Shown: positions 1-13,015 of the stretch, in pieces | Position numbering within the stretch: the first letter of the stretch is position 1 | Layout: each line of letters opens with the position of its first letter | Source of the DNA: the human T2T-CHM13v2.0 reference genome, Homo sapiens | DNA length: 64,000 nt | Direction: 5' to 3' (one strand) | NCBI RefSeq assembly: GCF_009914755.1 | Contig: NC_060936.1 | Position numbers and translations under genes: made by a program | Notes under the pieces: generated by a model | The model's input: only the letters and a program-made list of their open reading frames with translations | Told to the model about the DNA's origin: nothing | Database searches by the model: none

Positions 1-820
1 GGTTCTTAAGGTTTAAAGAAAAAAGCTATCTCTATAACACAAAAGTACAAAGTGAAGCAGCAAGTGCTAATATAGAAGCTGCAGCAAGTTATCCAGAAGA
101 TCTAGCCAAGATAACTGATGAAAGGAGCTACACTAAATAATAGATTTTCAGTGAAGATGAAGCAGTCTCATATAGGAAGAAGATACCCTCTAGGACTTTC
201 ATAGCTGAGAGGAGAAGTGAATGTTTGGCTTCAATGGTTTAAACAGGCTAATCTCTTGCTAGGTGATAATGCAGCTGGTGACTTTAAGTTGAAGCCAATG
301 CTCATTTACCATTATGAAAATCCTAGGGCCCTTAAGAGTTATTCTAAATTTACTCTGACTGTGCTCTACAAATGGAACAACAAAGCCTGGATGACAGCCC
401 ATGTGACTGTAACATGATTTACGGAATATTTTAGCCTCATTGTTGAGCTCCACTGCTCAGGAAAAGAAAAAAAAAAGGATTCCTTTCAAAATCTTGCTGC
501 TCATTGACAAGGCACCTGGTCACATAAGCGATCTGACGAAGATGCAGAAAGAGATTAATGTTTTCATGCCTGCTTATACAACATCCATTCTGTAGCCCAT
601 GGATCAAGGAGCAATTTTGACTTAAAATCTTATTGTTTAAGAAAGACATTTCATAAGGCTATGGCAGGAATAGATAGTGACTCCTCTAATAGAACTGAAG
701 AAAGTAAATTGAAAACTTCTGGAAAGTATTCACCATTCTGAATGTCATTAGAAAAATTCACGATTCATTGGAGGATGTCAAAAAATATATTTTAACAGGA
801 GACTGGAAGAAGTCTAACCC

Positions 821-1075
821 ATATATATATTTATATATATATATTTATATATATATTTATATATATATTTATATATATATTTATATATATATTTATATAT
901 ATATTTATATATATATTTATATATATATTTATATATATTTATATATATATTTATATATATATTTATATATATATTTATATATATATTTATATATATTTAT
1001 ATATATTTATATATATATTTATATATATATTTATATATATTTATATATATATGCTAACCCTTATATATATATAAG

Positions 1076-1114
<39 letters not shown>
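821..1114. repeat. Compound (TA)n/(TTTATATATA)n microsatellite within Tigger1
   Basis: Read directly; pure (AT)18 at 1079-1114; interrupted by repeats of gctaaccctt. Confidence 0.97.
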
Positions 1115-1116
<2 letters not shown>

Positions 1117-1180
1117 TAACCCTTATAGATTACTTTGAGGAGCTTAAGACTTCAGTGGAGGAAGTAACTGCAGATGTGGT

Positions 1181-1213
1181 AAAAAAAAAAAAAAAAAAAA
1201 AAAAACAAAAAAA
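1181..1213 (+). repeat. Poly(A) tract within Tigger1
   Basis: A24 followed by caaaaaa, with Tigger1 sequence continuing on both sides. Confidence 0.9.
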
Positions 1214-1649
1214 CAAGAGAACTAGAATTAGAAGTGGATCCTGAAGATATGACTGAATGGCTGCAATCTCATAATAAAACTTGAATGAATGAGGATTTGC
1301 TTGTTATGAATGATCAAAGAAAGTGGTTTCTTGAGATGGAATCTGTTTCTGAAGAATATAATGTGAACATTGTTGAAATGTCAATGAAAAATTTAGCATC
1401 TTACAGAAACCTAGTTCATAAAGAAGCAGTAAGGTTTGAAAGGATTGACCCCAATTTTGAAAAAAGTTCTACTGGGTAAAATGCTAAATAGCATTGCATG
1501 TTACAGAGGAATATTTCGGGAAAGGAGTCAGTTGATGCAGAAAACTCCATTGTTGCCTTATTTTCAGAAATTTGCACAACTATAACCTTCAGCAACCATC
1601 ACCCTGTTCAATTAGTAGCCATCAACATTACGGTAAGACCCCACTCAAC

Positions 1650-1652
<3 letters not shown>

Positions 1653-1698
<46 letters not shown>
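1653..1698. repeat. (AC)n microsatellite, about 23 units
   Basis: Read directly. Confidence 0.97.
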
Positions 1699-1701
<3 letters not shown>

Positions 1702-1708
1702 TTCACTG

Positions 1709-1808
1709 AAGGCTCAGATGATTGCTATCATATTTTAGCAATTAAGTGTTTTCTAGTCAAGGCTCATATGTTTGCTATCATGTTTTATCAATGAAGTATT
1801 TTTTAATT
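1709..1808. repeat. Diverged 50-bp tandem duplication in the Tigger1 3' region
   Basis: aaggctcagatgattgctatcatattttagcaattaagtg... at 1709 versus aaggctcatatgtttgctatcatgttttatcaatgaagta... at 1759. Confidence 0.85.
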
Positions 1809-2037
1809 TTAGTTTTCAGAACTAAAACTTATCTTGTAAGAACTGTGAAAATATGTACATTGTTTTTTATACATAATACTATTGCACACTTAGCAGACTA
1901 CAGTATAGTGCAACCATGACTTATATGCAGCAGAAAATCAAAAAGTTCATGTGACTTTTTTTATGGGGTTATTCCCTTTATTGCAATAGTCTGGAGCAGA
2001 ACGCACAGTATCTCTGAGGCTTGCCTGTAGTTTTTTT

Positions 2038-2200
2038 ATGACATAAACTCTCAGCAAACTGGAAATGGAAGGGAACTTCCTCAAACTCATTAAGGTCATC
2101 TATGATAAACCTACAGCTAACATCATAGCTAATGATAAAACATTGCCTTTTCTCTAAAGGTGGGTATAAAACAAGGATATCCACTGTCAGAACCTTTTCT
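2038..2200 (+). mobile_element. Old L1M ORF2 (reverse transcriptase region) fragment
   Basis: gaagggaacttcctcaaac...tatgataaacctacagctaacatcata...acaaggatatccactgtca corresponds to L1 RT motifs EGNFL..YDKPTANII..QGYPLS. Confidence 0.8.
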
Positions 2201-2618
2201 CATCGTGACATGATGCACGGCAACAGCATATCATCTAAGTTATCATAATAAAAATGCTCTCTAAATCTCATAAATTATCTAGCAACACTGAAACAGATAT
2301 TTAGGTGCAATCTTTGGTTATGTTGCTTAGAACCTCTTGGAAGGGAACCTAACTACAAATATTTATAATGATCTTTCTTAGCTCACTACAGAATGAGAAA
2401 TAGAGTATTATTGTTTCTATTATAATATCCGTATATTCATATGAATATATTCATTCATTTATTAAGGGAAACATGTCTAATATCTTCTAAAGCCAGATGT
2501 GGCTTGATTTCAGAAATATAGTTTTGGAAACAAAAACATAATCCTTGGTATTAATAGATTGTTCTATTTGTAGTGGACAGTTTGTTTCTTGTTCCCCAGA
2601 ATTCAGTCCCTTTCTGCT

Positions 2619-2654
2619 GCGTGTGGGTGTGTGCGTGTGTGTGTGTGTGTGTGT
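2619..2654. repeat. Imperfect (GT)n microsatellite
   Basis: Read directly. Confidence 0.9.
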
Positions 2655-2789
2655 CTCTGTAGGCAGAGGGTGCGGGGTGAGGGGTAGTTAAAAAATGGGA
2701 ATGGATGCGTGTTACATAGAAATGTATTTCAATAATTCAGATATGAGTTGATAAATACCTGTACTAGACCTCATGGGATGGACTCATGA

Positions 2790-2885
2790 TATTTTACAGG
2801 CATAACAGACAGGACTGGTGAGTAATTGGATATGGGAGTTGGAGCAAAGTATAGAGTCAACAGAGATGATGTTTCAGATTGCAGT
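2790..2885 (-). mobile_element. L2 fragment
   Basis: acaggactggtgagtaattggatatgggagttggag...gagtcaacagagatga resembles the antisense L2 consensus. Confidence 0.55.
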
Positions 2886-4043
2886 GTGAATATACGTGTG
2901 ACTCACTCAATTAAAAACTTTCCCATCAACTTCTGGTAATTGCCAATAGAGTTCCTAATGATTCTTTAAGGAAATGCGAGTTTAAAACAAGAGCTAGATT
3001 CAATGCTAGATTCAGTCAGTGCACCAGTTTACATAAGACTAAGGCAGCTGCCTCCACAAGAAACAGAAGAAACTAGTATTTTGTCTTAAAAGGTATATAC
3101 TTATTCCACGTATTTAGCTGGTTACACTTATTATTCTTCTAAAGACAGTGGTGTTTTTAAACCCTAAATATTAATAAAGAATCAAACTAAAGTCCACAGA
3201 AATTAAACTGAGGGAAAAAATTCCTTTAAGCAACAACTTTCAGTAAAAGATTAAGAACTCCTTGCTTTATAAAGCCTGAAATACTTCACAATAAAAATGT
3301 AGATGGCAATATATTTATCTATAACTAAATAATAAAATAATTCTTCTTTCAAAGGAAACCACAATGTTTCAGACCAATGAATCACACTGATAATTTAAAC
3401 TTTATCCTCAACTGGTAATGTAAGTAATACAGAGAACCAGAGAAATTTTAGAAGGGTCAGGTTTTATGTGGATCTAAAATGGAAGAAGGTTTACAAGAGC
3501 AAAATAGAAAGGACTTTGAAAATAAGTTCTAAAGGCTAAAGTTATTTGATGTTAGATATTCAGCTACAGGTCCTGAGGAGTCAACAGAGTTGCATGTAAA
3601 GAAAGTCATTGTTCCTTCAGAGCTTCAGGAAAAGCTGAAGAATAAACACCAGACTCTCTTTATGGACAAAGGAAGTAATCATGTTTGGTCACTCGCTTAG
3701 TGTTTCAAAGATTTTGCCAGCTAAGCGAAAAGATGCATTCTGTGTGTTAGTGGGTGCTGAGCACTAGCTTATTGTTTTTTAACATTTCTTTGGCATGTCC
3801 TGTTTAGGTACTTCTATTTAGATGCTACAAGAAATAGGGTGTGAAAAAGAATAACATATTTTGTCTTCCTTTTGGTAGAAAAGCACTTTGCTGAAAACTC
3901 TGAAACATCTTTCTATAATTACTACCGAAACAGAGACCTGAATAGCTGGCTCAGAATGAGGGCATGAGTAAGGCCTGGAGTGAAGTGGAGAAGGGGGCAC
4001 AGAACATGTGTACAAGGACAACCTTTGCATGTGGCAATCTTGA

Positions 4044-4482
<439 letters not shown>

Positions 4483-5039
4483 TGATATTTAAAGAGATGT
4501 TCCACCTCCCTTAGACTTAACTGAATTTAATCACAGATATAAATTATTAAAATCCATGATAATCTTGGGCCCTTAGAATGGACAAATAAGGGAAACAAAA
4601 TTAAATGACTGAACACCAGAACTGTTCTCAGGAAAGGTAGCCATTTCGCTTCATTTTTAATTTTCAAAATAGTCATTTCAGTATAACATCAGGTTATCAG
4701 AACATGGCAACAAAGAATCTTGGCTAGCATAGGACAATAATTGTTTTGTCTATATTTATTGGGGATTGAAAAGGATGAAAGGAGGAAGTGCTGTGATTTA
4801 TTTCAAGACTGAAAGATATGTGCTGAATAATGTCATTGTGAGTTTGTCTCTTCTTCTCTGTTATTGTCATTATTACTATTATTCCTATTTTCTGTGCTTT
4901 TCTTCTGTTGACTTTGTTTTCAAGCAAGAGCCCTAGTAGGTTTAGGCTTATGTTGTACCTTTAATTTATAATTTCAGAAGGGAAATAATATCCTAAGGTG
5001 TTTAAGAGAAAGCAACTTAAACCAGTATTGTTTACAACA

Positions 5040-5232
5040 CTAGCCCTGCAACTTTCTAGTTATATAACATGGGCAAACAACTTGATACATTATGAACCTC
5101 AGTTTTTTATCTATAAAATGAAGATAATAAAAATATCAATGATTGTAAAATCATGAAAATTAAAGCATTTCTTTCACAGAAACCACTTAGAATAGGTTTT
5201 GGCATATAAAAAACATTCCATTAATGTTATAT
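5040..5232 (+). mobile_element. MIR SINE
   Basis: Core atgggcaaacaacttga...cctcagttttttatctataaaatgaagataata. Confidence 0.8.
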
Positions 5233-5294
5233 AAAATATTTTTATTAATTTGAGAGTAACCAGTTTCTCTCACAGTGCCAATATTATAAAGGCT

Positions 5295-5475
5295 CTGACC
5301 AGCTCTTTTTGAGTCATGTGCTCAGCTGTGAACCAGTCTCTGTTTGCAGAGTGGCCAATGCACAGGGTGGGAAATGCACGGCCTCATCTCTGACAAAGTC
5401 ACTGGAATCACATGAAATGGGGAGGGAATAATGCCCAGGATCAGAAAGAGAGAGAAAAAAAAGTAGATGTACTCT
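5295..5475 (-). mobile_element. Old MLT1 (J/K/L-type) MaLR LTR fragment
   Basis: gagtcatgtgctcagctgtgaaccagtc resembles the MLT1K motif ggtcacgtgcccacccctgaaccaatc. Confidence 0.5.
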
Positions 5476-6887
5476 AGCTGTTGATTGTTTTTATTAATAC
5501 TGTCTCAGAAATGAAGGTGAATTTCAGTTTTCAAATTTAGGTAATCAGGCACTAACGAAGGCAAAAAGAAGGGAAACAAAATAGGAGTTTATATCTTTCC
5601 AGCCAGATCTTTCTATTCCCCTACTTCCAGTACTCCTCCGTTTTGCTCCACTGTATTTTTCTCCTAATAACCCTGTCTACTTGCCAGCATCCCAGGACCA
5701 TGCTGTGGCTTTAATATATGGGTACTGACATGCATGTGTCCTTTAAAAATATGGCTGTGTGCTTTCACAACATGCAGTCATATTCTAAAAGTCATAACTT
5801 AGCAGAAATCATAATAAATTAACAGTATTAAAGCCACTGGCCATTTTGGCTGGATCATTTGTGAATTTAGTAAAAAGAAAATCATACCAGTTTTATATCT
5901 TTCATAAAAAACATTGAATAAATGAATGATTTAATTTTAAACTGGTATAGTCAAAACTGGACCACCACAGCTACAGAAAACAATATCCTTATATTTTTTA
6001 TCTTTCATAGGAAGCAGGTTTATTCATTTCTGAGTAGTAAGTCAAAAAGTATGTCATTACTTTAGTCCAATTATTCTGTCCATTATGGCCTAACCATAAA
6101 CTATTTAAGGATATATTGGCACATGAGATCATGGTACAGTAAAACCAGGAAATCTTCACTGTAAAATAAATGACATGCAAACCTAACTAAGCAGACCTAA
6201 CAGTATTTCTGCCCTTTAGGGATGTGTTCAGCTCATCTTCCTTGTTTTTAATGCACTTAAAGGCTCAGCCTGATTCATGCTCAGAACAAATTGCATAACA
6301 CTTCAGAACTGACACTTCCAAAGTTCATCCATTCTGTAGTTGCTTGACATTAGAAAAGGGCAGCTTTTGAAAAACGAATAAAATAGATTTTCTCACTCTG
6401 TTGGTCATGTCTCAAAAACAGCTGGTTTTTTGAAACTTAACTTTTAAAATAATTCATCATTCAACATTCACAATTTTAACATTGACACTGTTAAGATTAA
6501 CAAGCATCAAATTATTTTTTCTGAAAGATCTAAATATTTCAAGATTTTAAATAATATTAAAAATAAGTTATATGAGGATAATTTTATCTCTTTCATTCAA
6601 AAAACATATCATTCAAAACCCATATCTTTCACTTAATATTTTTGAATAAGTGATCAATTTAATGAATGAGTAAAAATAATTCTATTATATGTGAACATTC
6701 CATGCTAGTGAAATGCCTAGGCAGATAATCCTAAAATTATTAATTCATGACAAATCTTACTTCTGGCATTGAGTCAATTGTACTCAACTTATTAATGTAT
6801 TACATCAACAATAGGCAAGAAACATTCAAGTGAATTTATAACACTCCATCTTCTTGCAGATATATCCCGTAGGTTTATCTCCGATGT

Positions 6888-7745
6888 GTTTGTCAGGACT
6901 ACTTCAGTTTGAAGCATACACTAACCTACTTCAAACCAGCTTTGTGAGAGAGTAGGATTTATTTTAAAATGTAGATGTGACTTCTGGGAATCTAGATTGC
7001 TTCTAACACCAGAACGTCTGATGCAGGGGCTAAAATACTGTGTCAGGACTTTATTTCTCCCTTTATCTCTCATATCTCCTTTTGTCAGCTTTCTCTTTTT
7101 CTGCATGTATATTTTCAGCTTTTATTCTAAAAAGAAGACGTTTCTGAGATGTTTTTCTATGTATTAGTCTGTTTACACACTGCTATAAGGAACTGCCCGA
7201 GACCGGGTAATTTAGAAAGGAAAGAGGTTTAATTGACTCACAGTTCAGCATAGCTGGGGAGGCCTCAGGAAACTTACAATCACAGCAGAAGGCAAAGGGG
7301 AAGCAAGGGACATCCTTCACAAGGCAGCAGGAAAGAGAATGAACGAAGGAGGAACTACCAAACACTTATAAAAACCATCAGATCTCGTGAGAACTCACTC
7401 ACTATCACGAGAACAGCATGGGGGAACCTGCCCCCATGATTCAATTACTTTTACCTGGTCTCTTCCTTGACACGTGTGGGCTATGGAGATTACAATTCAA
7501 GATGAGATTTAGGGTGCGGACACAGCCAAACCATATCAATCTACAAGTTAAATATCAGGGTATATTATGATTGTGTGGTTATATTCCCAGCCCTGATCAA
7601 CCACTAAATCAAAGGTCTGGGATACAACTGGCCCACATCTTGAGTTACATGCTTACTCAGTAGGCAGTGGAATAATCACTGAAATTGACAGGAATACGGA
7701 GATGAGGGTAAGGTAGTCCCACATTGGAAAGGTTGGAACATTGGT
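6888..7745 (-). mobile_element. MLT1K-like MaLR LTR, split by a THE1D/MSTA insertion
   Basis: gtcaggactacttcagtttgaagcatacactaacctacttcaaaccagc...gatgcaggggctaaaatactgtgtcaggac; resumes after 7543. Confidence 0.65.
7160..7538 (-). mobile_element. THE1D/MSTA-type MaLR solo LTR
   Basis: Termini tgtattagtc...ccaaaccatatca; 5-bp TSD ttcta/atcta (4 of 5 match). Confidence 0.93.
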
Positions 7746-7759
7746 AACACAAACAGTTT

Positions 7760-8215
7760 CAATTACTCCCCCCTATTTGCACACTGTTTGCAATGCAGTA
7801 TGACTTCATAGCTGTTGCTATCAAGAGTGGAGACTCTTTTCCTAATCTTTGAATCTGGGGTAGCTTTGTGATTTGTTATGGCCAATGCTTCTGCTCTTCA
7901 TTAAACCCTGAAACTACCATGGGAATAAGCACTAGCTAGGCTGCTGGAGGATGAGAGAGACCACATGTATTGACCTCACCTAGGCAAGGCCATCTTAGAT
8001 CAGCCACAGCCCAGAAAACCCTCAAATTAATTGTAGATGCATGAATGAGCTCAGCTGAGATTAGTCAACCTAACCCATCCAGAGTAATCTAATCTACTCA
8101 AATCAGCACACCTGTGGACTTGTGCTCAATAATAAACAAGCAAAGGTTTAAGCCAAATCCTTAGTTTAAAGGGTTATTGGCTTAGTTTGGGGTTAGTTTA
8201 TTTCCCTAAAACAAA
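7760..8215 (+). mobile_element. MLT1H-like MaLR LTR
   Basis: tatcaagagtggagactc...ctttgaatctgggg...ctgctggaggatgagagagaccacatg...aataaac...ttaagcca. Confidence 0.75.
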
Positions 8216-8419
8216 ATATAATAAAGCATTTTGGACAAATACATTGCACTTATCCCATAAGCGTGTTGCTGAGATCCAGTCTACATCATCTTTTTTATCT
8301 CATACTATGCACGTTTTCTTGACAGGGTCTGTAAGATCAATCAGGATAGACCTGGACCAAAAAATGGTAGAAAAGGAGGAAGTGAAAATAAGCTAAATGG
8401 ACAGGTGAGAAGGGAAGGA

Positions 8420-8930
8420 CTGAATAAATTAGTTAAGAAATATTTATTGGGTACTTGGTGCTGGGCACTGTTTTAACACTAGGGATATAACAGTGAAGAC
8501 AATGAATCAAGTAGTTACTTTCTATGAAACATTAATTTTAATGTTGTGAGGCTTACAAGATATTAAACATAATAAGACATAAAAATATGATATGTTCATG
8601 CTGTGATTAAAAATAAAGCAGAAAACTGGTCTGGGAGTATTATATAGGGTATCCAAGAAAGGCCTCTCAATATTGCATTTGAGCAGAGACCCGACATACA
8701 TGTGGAAATAAGCAAAGATGATAACTCTAAGAAGAATATTCCAGGCAGAGAGAACAGCAAATGAAAAACCCTAAGGTAATGGTATGCTTGAATCATCTGA
8801 GGAACACTAAAAAGTCAGTAAGACTAGAGCAGAGTTAGCAAATGGAATAAAGATAGGAAATGACTCAAAAGAAATGGCAAGGACTCAGAACACACAGGAA
8901 CTTACAAGGTTACGATAAGAATTTTGGAAA
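8420..8930 (-). mobile_element. L2 (L2a-like) 3' portion
   Basis: aaatatttattgggtac...gctgggcactgttttaacactagggatataacagtgaa...tttgagcagagacc...attccaggcagagagaacagcaaatg. Confidence 0.85.
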
Positions 8931-9599
8931 GAAAAGTAGATATTGGCTCAAAAGAAATATTCAGTTACTATAAATAAATGGTTTTCCATTGTTGATTGAA
9001 TGTATCCCTGCAAGAATTTTAAATATTTTCCTGCAATGATTAGATAAGTAGCAATATCCAGTGGAATACTTTCAAGCTCCCTGTAATGGATATTATGAAA
9101 AACAATATTCATTAAAAATGTATGTGCTATTATTTCTATTAAATAGAATAGTCTTATTATAATTATTAATAAAAGATCAAAAGATTCAGCATTATATGAG
9201 AAAAGAGCAGACCTTGTGACTAGGATAAAATGTTTATGTTTAATAATGTTAAAAATAGATATAAACAGTGCTACATGCTTTAAGATCGGCTGCCACTCAA
9301 TCCAGTTTAGAATCTTTTTTGTTTTGTTTTATTTTTCTTTCTTTTTTTCTTGATTAAATGTTGTAGTTTTAATTTAAAAATGAGCATCAAGCCCCTTATT
9401 TTTAAAAAATTAAAAAGATGATTAGTATGAATGTTGTGGTAACTTACTGCTGAGTCTTACCATTTCTCCTCCTGAAAAAAATAAAACTGAAATAACATAA
9501 AATTATTTTTATATAAATTATGAAGTACAAAACTTAAAAATCACAGTTTTCTCTAAAGTGTTGTCCCCCTGCCCCACTCCCCCACCACACACACAAAAA

Positions 9600-10515
9600 A
9601 AAAACCAGACCAGTAGAGCCGTGTAGGAATTTCTGCAAGAAGTTGCACAGAAGCTAAGCTGCAGAACTGGAAGAACTAAGAACCCCAGCAATGGTGAATC
9701 TCACACAACTCCAGGTAAAAAGCACTCGCAAAAAGTGAGTGCCCCCCGTTAGTAAAAAAAAGCTGTGAACATACCAGATTTGTTTTATAGAAGCAGGAGT
9801 AAAGGGAGAGAGAAAAGTTTGAAAAAAATTTATAGAATAGAAAGCTCTGAAAGAAGCAGCAAAAATCATCTTCCAAAAGCAAGGGAATCTTAATGTCCGC
9901 TAGATGCATTCATGGTGCACCACAGCTGATGAGGGAATCTGGGAGAATAGGCCAGGAAAGAAAAAGGCTACCTCACTTACTTAATGTTAAAGAGGCAGCA
10001 AAGGCAGGACAGAAGCACCGCTTTTGAAGGAAACAGTAGTTATTTGTGTCAGATGAGGAACAAACCTTTAAATACAAAGGCAAGATATCTTTTCCATTAC
10101 TCTTATTTGTGCCCCCATCCATCCCAGGCAGAAATCTCTTAAAAAATCTGGTCCATAAAATAACACTCACCCAAATATGGGTGACCAAAAAGGAAGAGGG
10201 AAAATATTCAAATAAGGATTAGAAAAATGGCAGAGAATGATAAAATTTTCCTACAAAAATATTCATTAAGTAGACATTACCATAGAACAGATAAACATTG
10301 CGAACAGTCTGCCATGAATTAAAACATTTATAATAATGGTGAACTCATCAGACAATGAAGGAAAATGTCAGGACAGAAATCCATTCATGAAAGACATGGT
10401 CAGACAATCTATAAAAGTGAAAAGAGAACTGAAAAAATCAGAAAATAAATAGAAATTAAAATATGAATCCTTTAGAGAAACAAGAAAAAATTAAAGGTGC
10501 AATAAGGTAGAACAG
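9600..10515 (+). mobile_element. Probable very old L1 5'UTR/ORF1 (or HAL1) remnant
   Basis: A-rich purine skew typical of degraded L1 ORF1; no firm motif recognised. Confidence 0.35.
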
Positions 10516-10529
10516 TCAGTCTTTAATTG

Positions 10530-10985
10530 CTCTAAAATGACTTATTAAATTCTCATAGGTATTTGAGTCTGTATATGGTCTTTCATTTTTGTTTCCTTTC
10601 TATTTTTTTTTTTTTTTTGGTCAGTTTGTCTATTTATGAAACAGCAGCACGTGTTTTCATTACTGGCTTAATATATCAATAGTAAATCAGCTATTGTTCC
10701 CCAATCGAATCTCCTTTCAGAGTTTTCTGTATTTATTATTATTATTATATTTTATTATAATTGACATGCAGAAGATGTCTGTGTGTATATGTGTATGTGT
10801 GTTTCCGTTTGAAACACTTTTATCTATCCAGGTATACAAACAATCCATTTATGTTTTCTTCCAATATTTATGGCTTTCTGATTTTTTTGGCATTTGAGTA
10901 ATTAATCCACTTGAAATTTACACTAGTATATGGTGTGTATTATGGGCCAATTTTATCATTTCCAGATGAATCCCCAGTTTGAGAA
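10530..10985 (-). mobile_element. L1ME-type ORF2 3' fragments
   Basis: tatgttttcttccaatatttatggc...taatccacttgaaatttacactagtatatggtgtg...ttccagatgaatcccag. Confidence 0.6.
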
Positions 10986-11251
10986 TCACTAAGTAAAGCT
11001 CTATGAAAACAAGCAATATTATACACTGTTGGTGAGAGTACAAAATGATACAGCTCCTAAAGAGGAGTAATTGGCAATGTTTATCAAAAATTACAAAGAC
11101 ATTTTTCCTTTGATCCAGCAATGTTATTTCTGTAATTTGTCCTGAAGTTATTCATGCACAGGTGCAGAGTGACATATATACAATAAATCTTTGCATTGTT
11201 GTAGTAGCAAGAGATTAGAAACCAGTAATTTATTCAATGATAAAGACTTTT

Positions 11252-11284
11252 GTAATTGAAACTAAAGTAATTGAAACTAAAGTA
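11252..11284. repeat. Perfect 15-bp tandem duplication (gtaattgaaactaaa)x2
   Basis: Read directly. Confidence 0.9.
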
Positions 11285-11409
11285 TATTAATTAAACTATG
11301 CAGATAAAAAAAGATGAAGAAGCTTTCTATAGACATGGGAGAAATGATTTAATATGTAAAAAGTAAGACTACAAGGAGAATTGTGAAATAGAATGCTATT
11401 TTTTGTTTA

Positions 11410-11766
<357 letters not shown>

Positions 11767-11933
11767 TTATATCTAGATAAAGAAAACTAAAAGGTTAACT
11801 AAGAAACTGAAAATATGGTTGATGTTAGATAGCAGTGAATGGAAGGGAAAGGAACAGAGGTGGGTGGGGAGGTGACTTTATAATTGTGGTAATATTGGAA
11901 TAGTTTATTACCTATTTCAGAAAGTTATCATGG

Positions 11934-12221
11934 TTTTTTTTTAGATAGGGTCTTGCTGTGCTGCCCAGGCTGGAGTGCAGTAGTGCAACCATGAGTCACC
12001 GCAGCCTCGACTTCCCAAGGTCAGGTAATCTTCCCACTAAGTCTCCCAAATAGCTGAGGCTACACACACAGGCCACCAGGCCTGGCTAATTTTTGTAATT
12101 TTTGTAGAGACAGGGTTTTGCTATGTTGTTCAGGCTGGTCTCAAACTCAGGGCTGAAGGAATCCACTGGCTTCAGACTCCCGAAGTGCTCAGATTTCAGG
12201 CATAAACCACTGGTCCTGGCC
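11934..12221 (-). mobile_element. AluJ
   Basis: Diverged antisense dimer with J-type features (tagggtcttgc, tgtagagacagggttttgctatgttg). Confidence 0.92.
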
Positions 12222-12501
12222 TCTATAATGCACTCTTTAAGGAAATGCTTTATTTTACATTCTACCTCCCTATGGAAATATTAAATATGAATGACATCAG
12301 ATATTTTCATATATAATGGTTATAAAAGGGTATGTCAAAGAGGGAATTTACAATATTCTTTATTGACTTACATGTTTGTTTTAGAACACATTAGTACTAT
12401 GTTGAACAATGTAGCCCTATAAAACTAGATAGTCCAGACCTAAATTATCTAGCTGAGATTGTTGTCCAAATAAATGATCTGTTCATCATTAAGCTACCAC
12501 A

Positions 12502-13015
12502 AGTTGGGAGACACTTCTCTGGGGAAGTGGAACATTCCTGCACATCTGGCAAGCAGCAACACTGACAGCCCTCTGTTCTAGATTAATTTTTTGAAGATGT
12601 TTGTATAACCAACAGACTTGGAAGACAGAAATAATGGCTCACTCTGGAGCAAAGGGCAGTTTAGCTTACTGTCCAATAGAGTGTCTCCCTCCAAGGCAAC
12701 AGGGGAGTTTGCCTGTAGACCACAAAAACAGGTGGGGGGGGTTCTGAGTTTGTGGTTCCTCCCGTGTTATGCAACCCACTGGAGTTGCAGGCATCACCTT
12801 GCCTTTGTTTCACCATCCTGTGCGAATTCGGGCTATGGGACCATCACAAGAAAATGATCATACATCAGGTACTACTACTGCAGTGAGTAATAAGCTATTC
12901 TTTTGCTGCGCATGTGAAATCTGATGTTTGCAGCAAAACTTTATAAAACTTCATCTGACTTTGTTTTTTAGCTTGCAAATAGCATAAAGTCTCAGGTTCA
13001 TCATGGTTTTTGACA
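12502..13015 (+). mobile_element. LTR40-like ERVL solo LTR
   Basis: gttgggagacacttctc...gatgtttgtataac...ctggagcaaagggcag...atgcaacccactg...gtgagtaataa...tagcttgcaaatag...ttgaca. Confidence 0.8.

Larger units (their letters stand above)
1..2027 (+). mobile_element. Tigger1 (TcMar-Tigger) DNA transposon fossil, running off the window start; disrupted transposase
   Basis: ORF 217-417 ([28 protein letters not shown]...[10 protein letters not shown]) matches the Tigger1 DDE transposase; the end ...tatctctgaggcttgcctg is the 3' TIR, followed by TA at 2028-2029; many stops and frameshifts. Confidence 0.93.

Noticed and set aside
217-417. Transposase ORF as a domesticated TIGD1-like gene
   Set aside because: Short fragment; the surrounding frame is broken by stops, frameshifts and microsatellites
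814-1122. ctaaccc as interstitial telomeric repeat
   Set aside because: Isolated single units derived from Tigger1 sequence, not a tandem telomeric array
768-1244. 158-aa YI-repeat ORF
   Set aside because: Translation of the TA microsatellite and poly(A) tract inside Tigger1
3355-3419. Possible exon (ttcttctttcaaag ... gtaagt)
   Set aside because: Short pyrimidine tract and AAG acceptor; expected by chance
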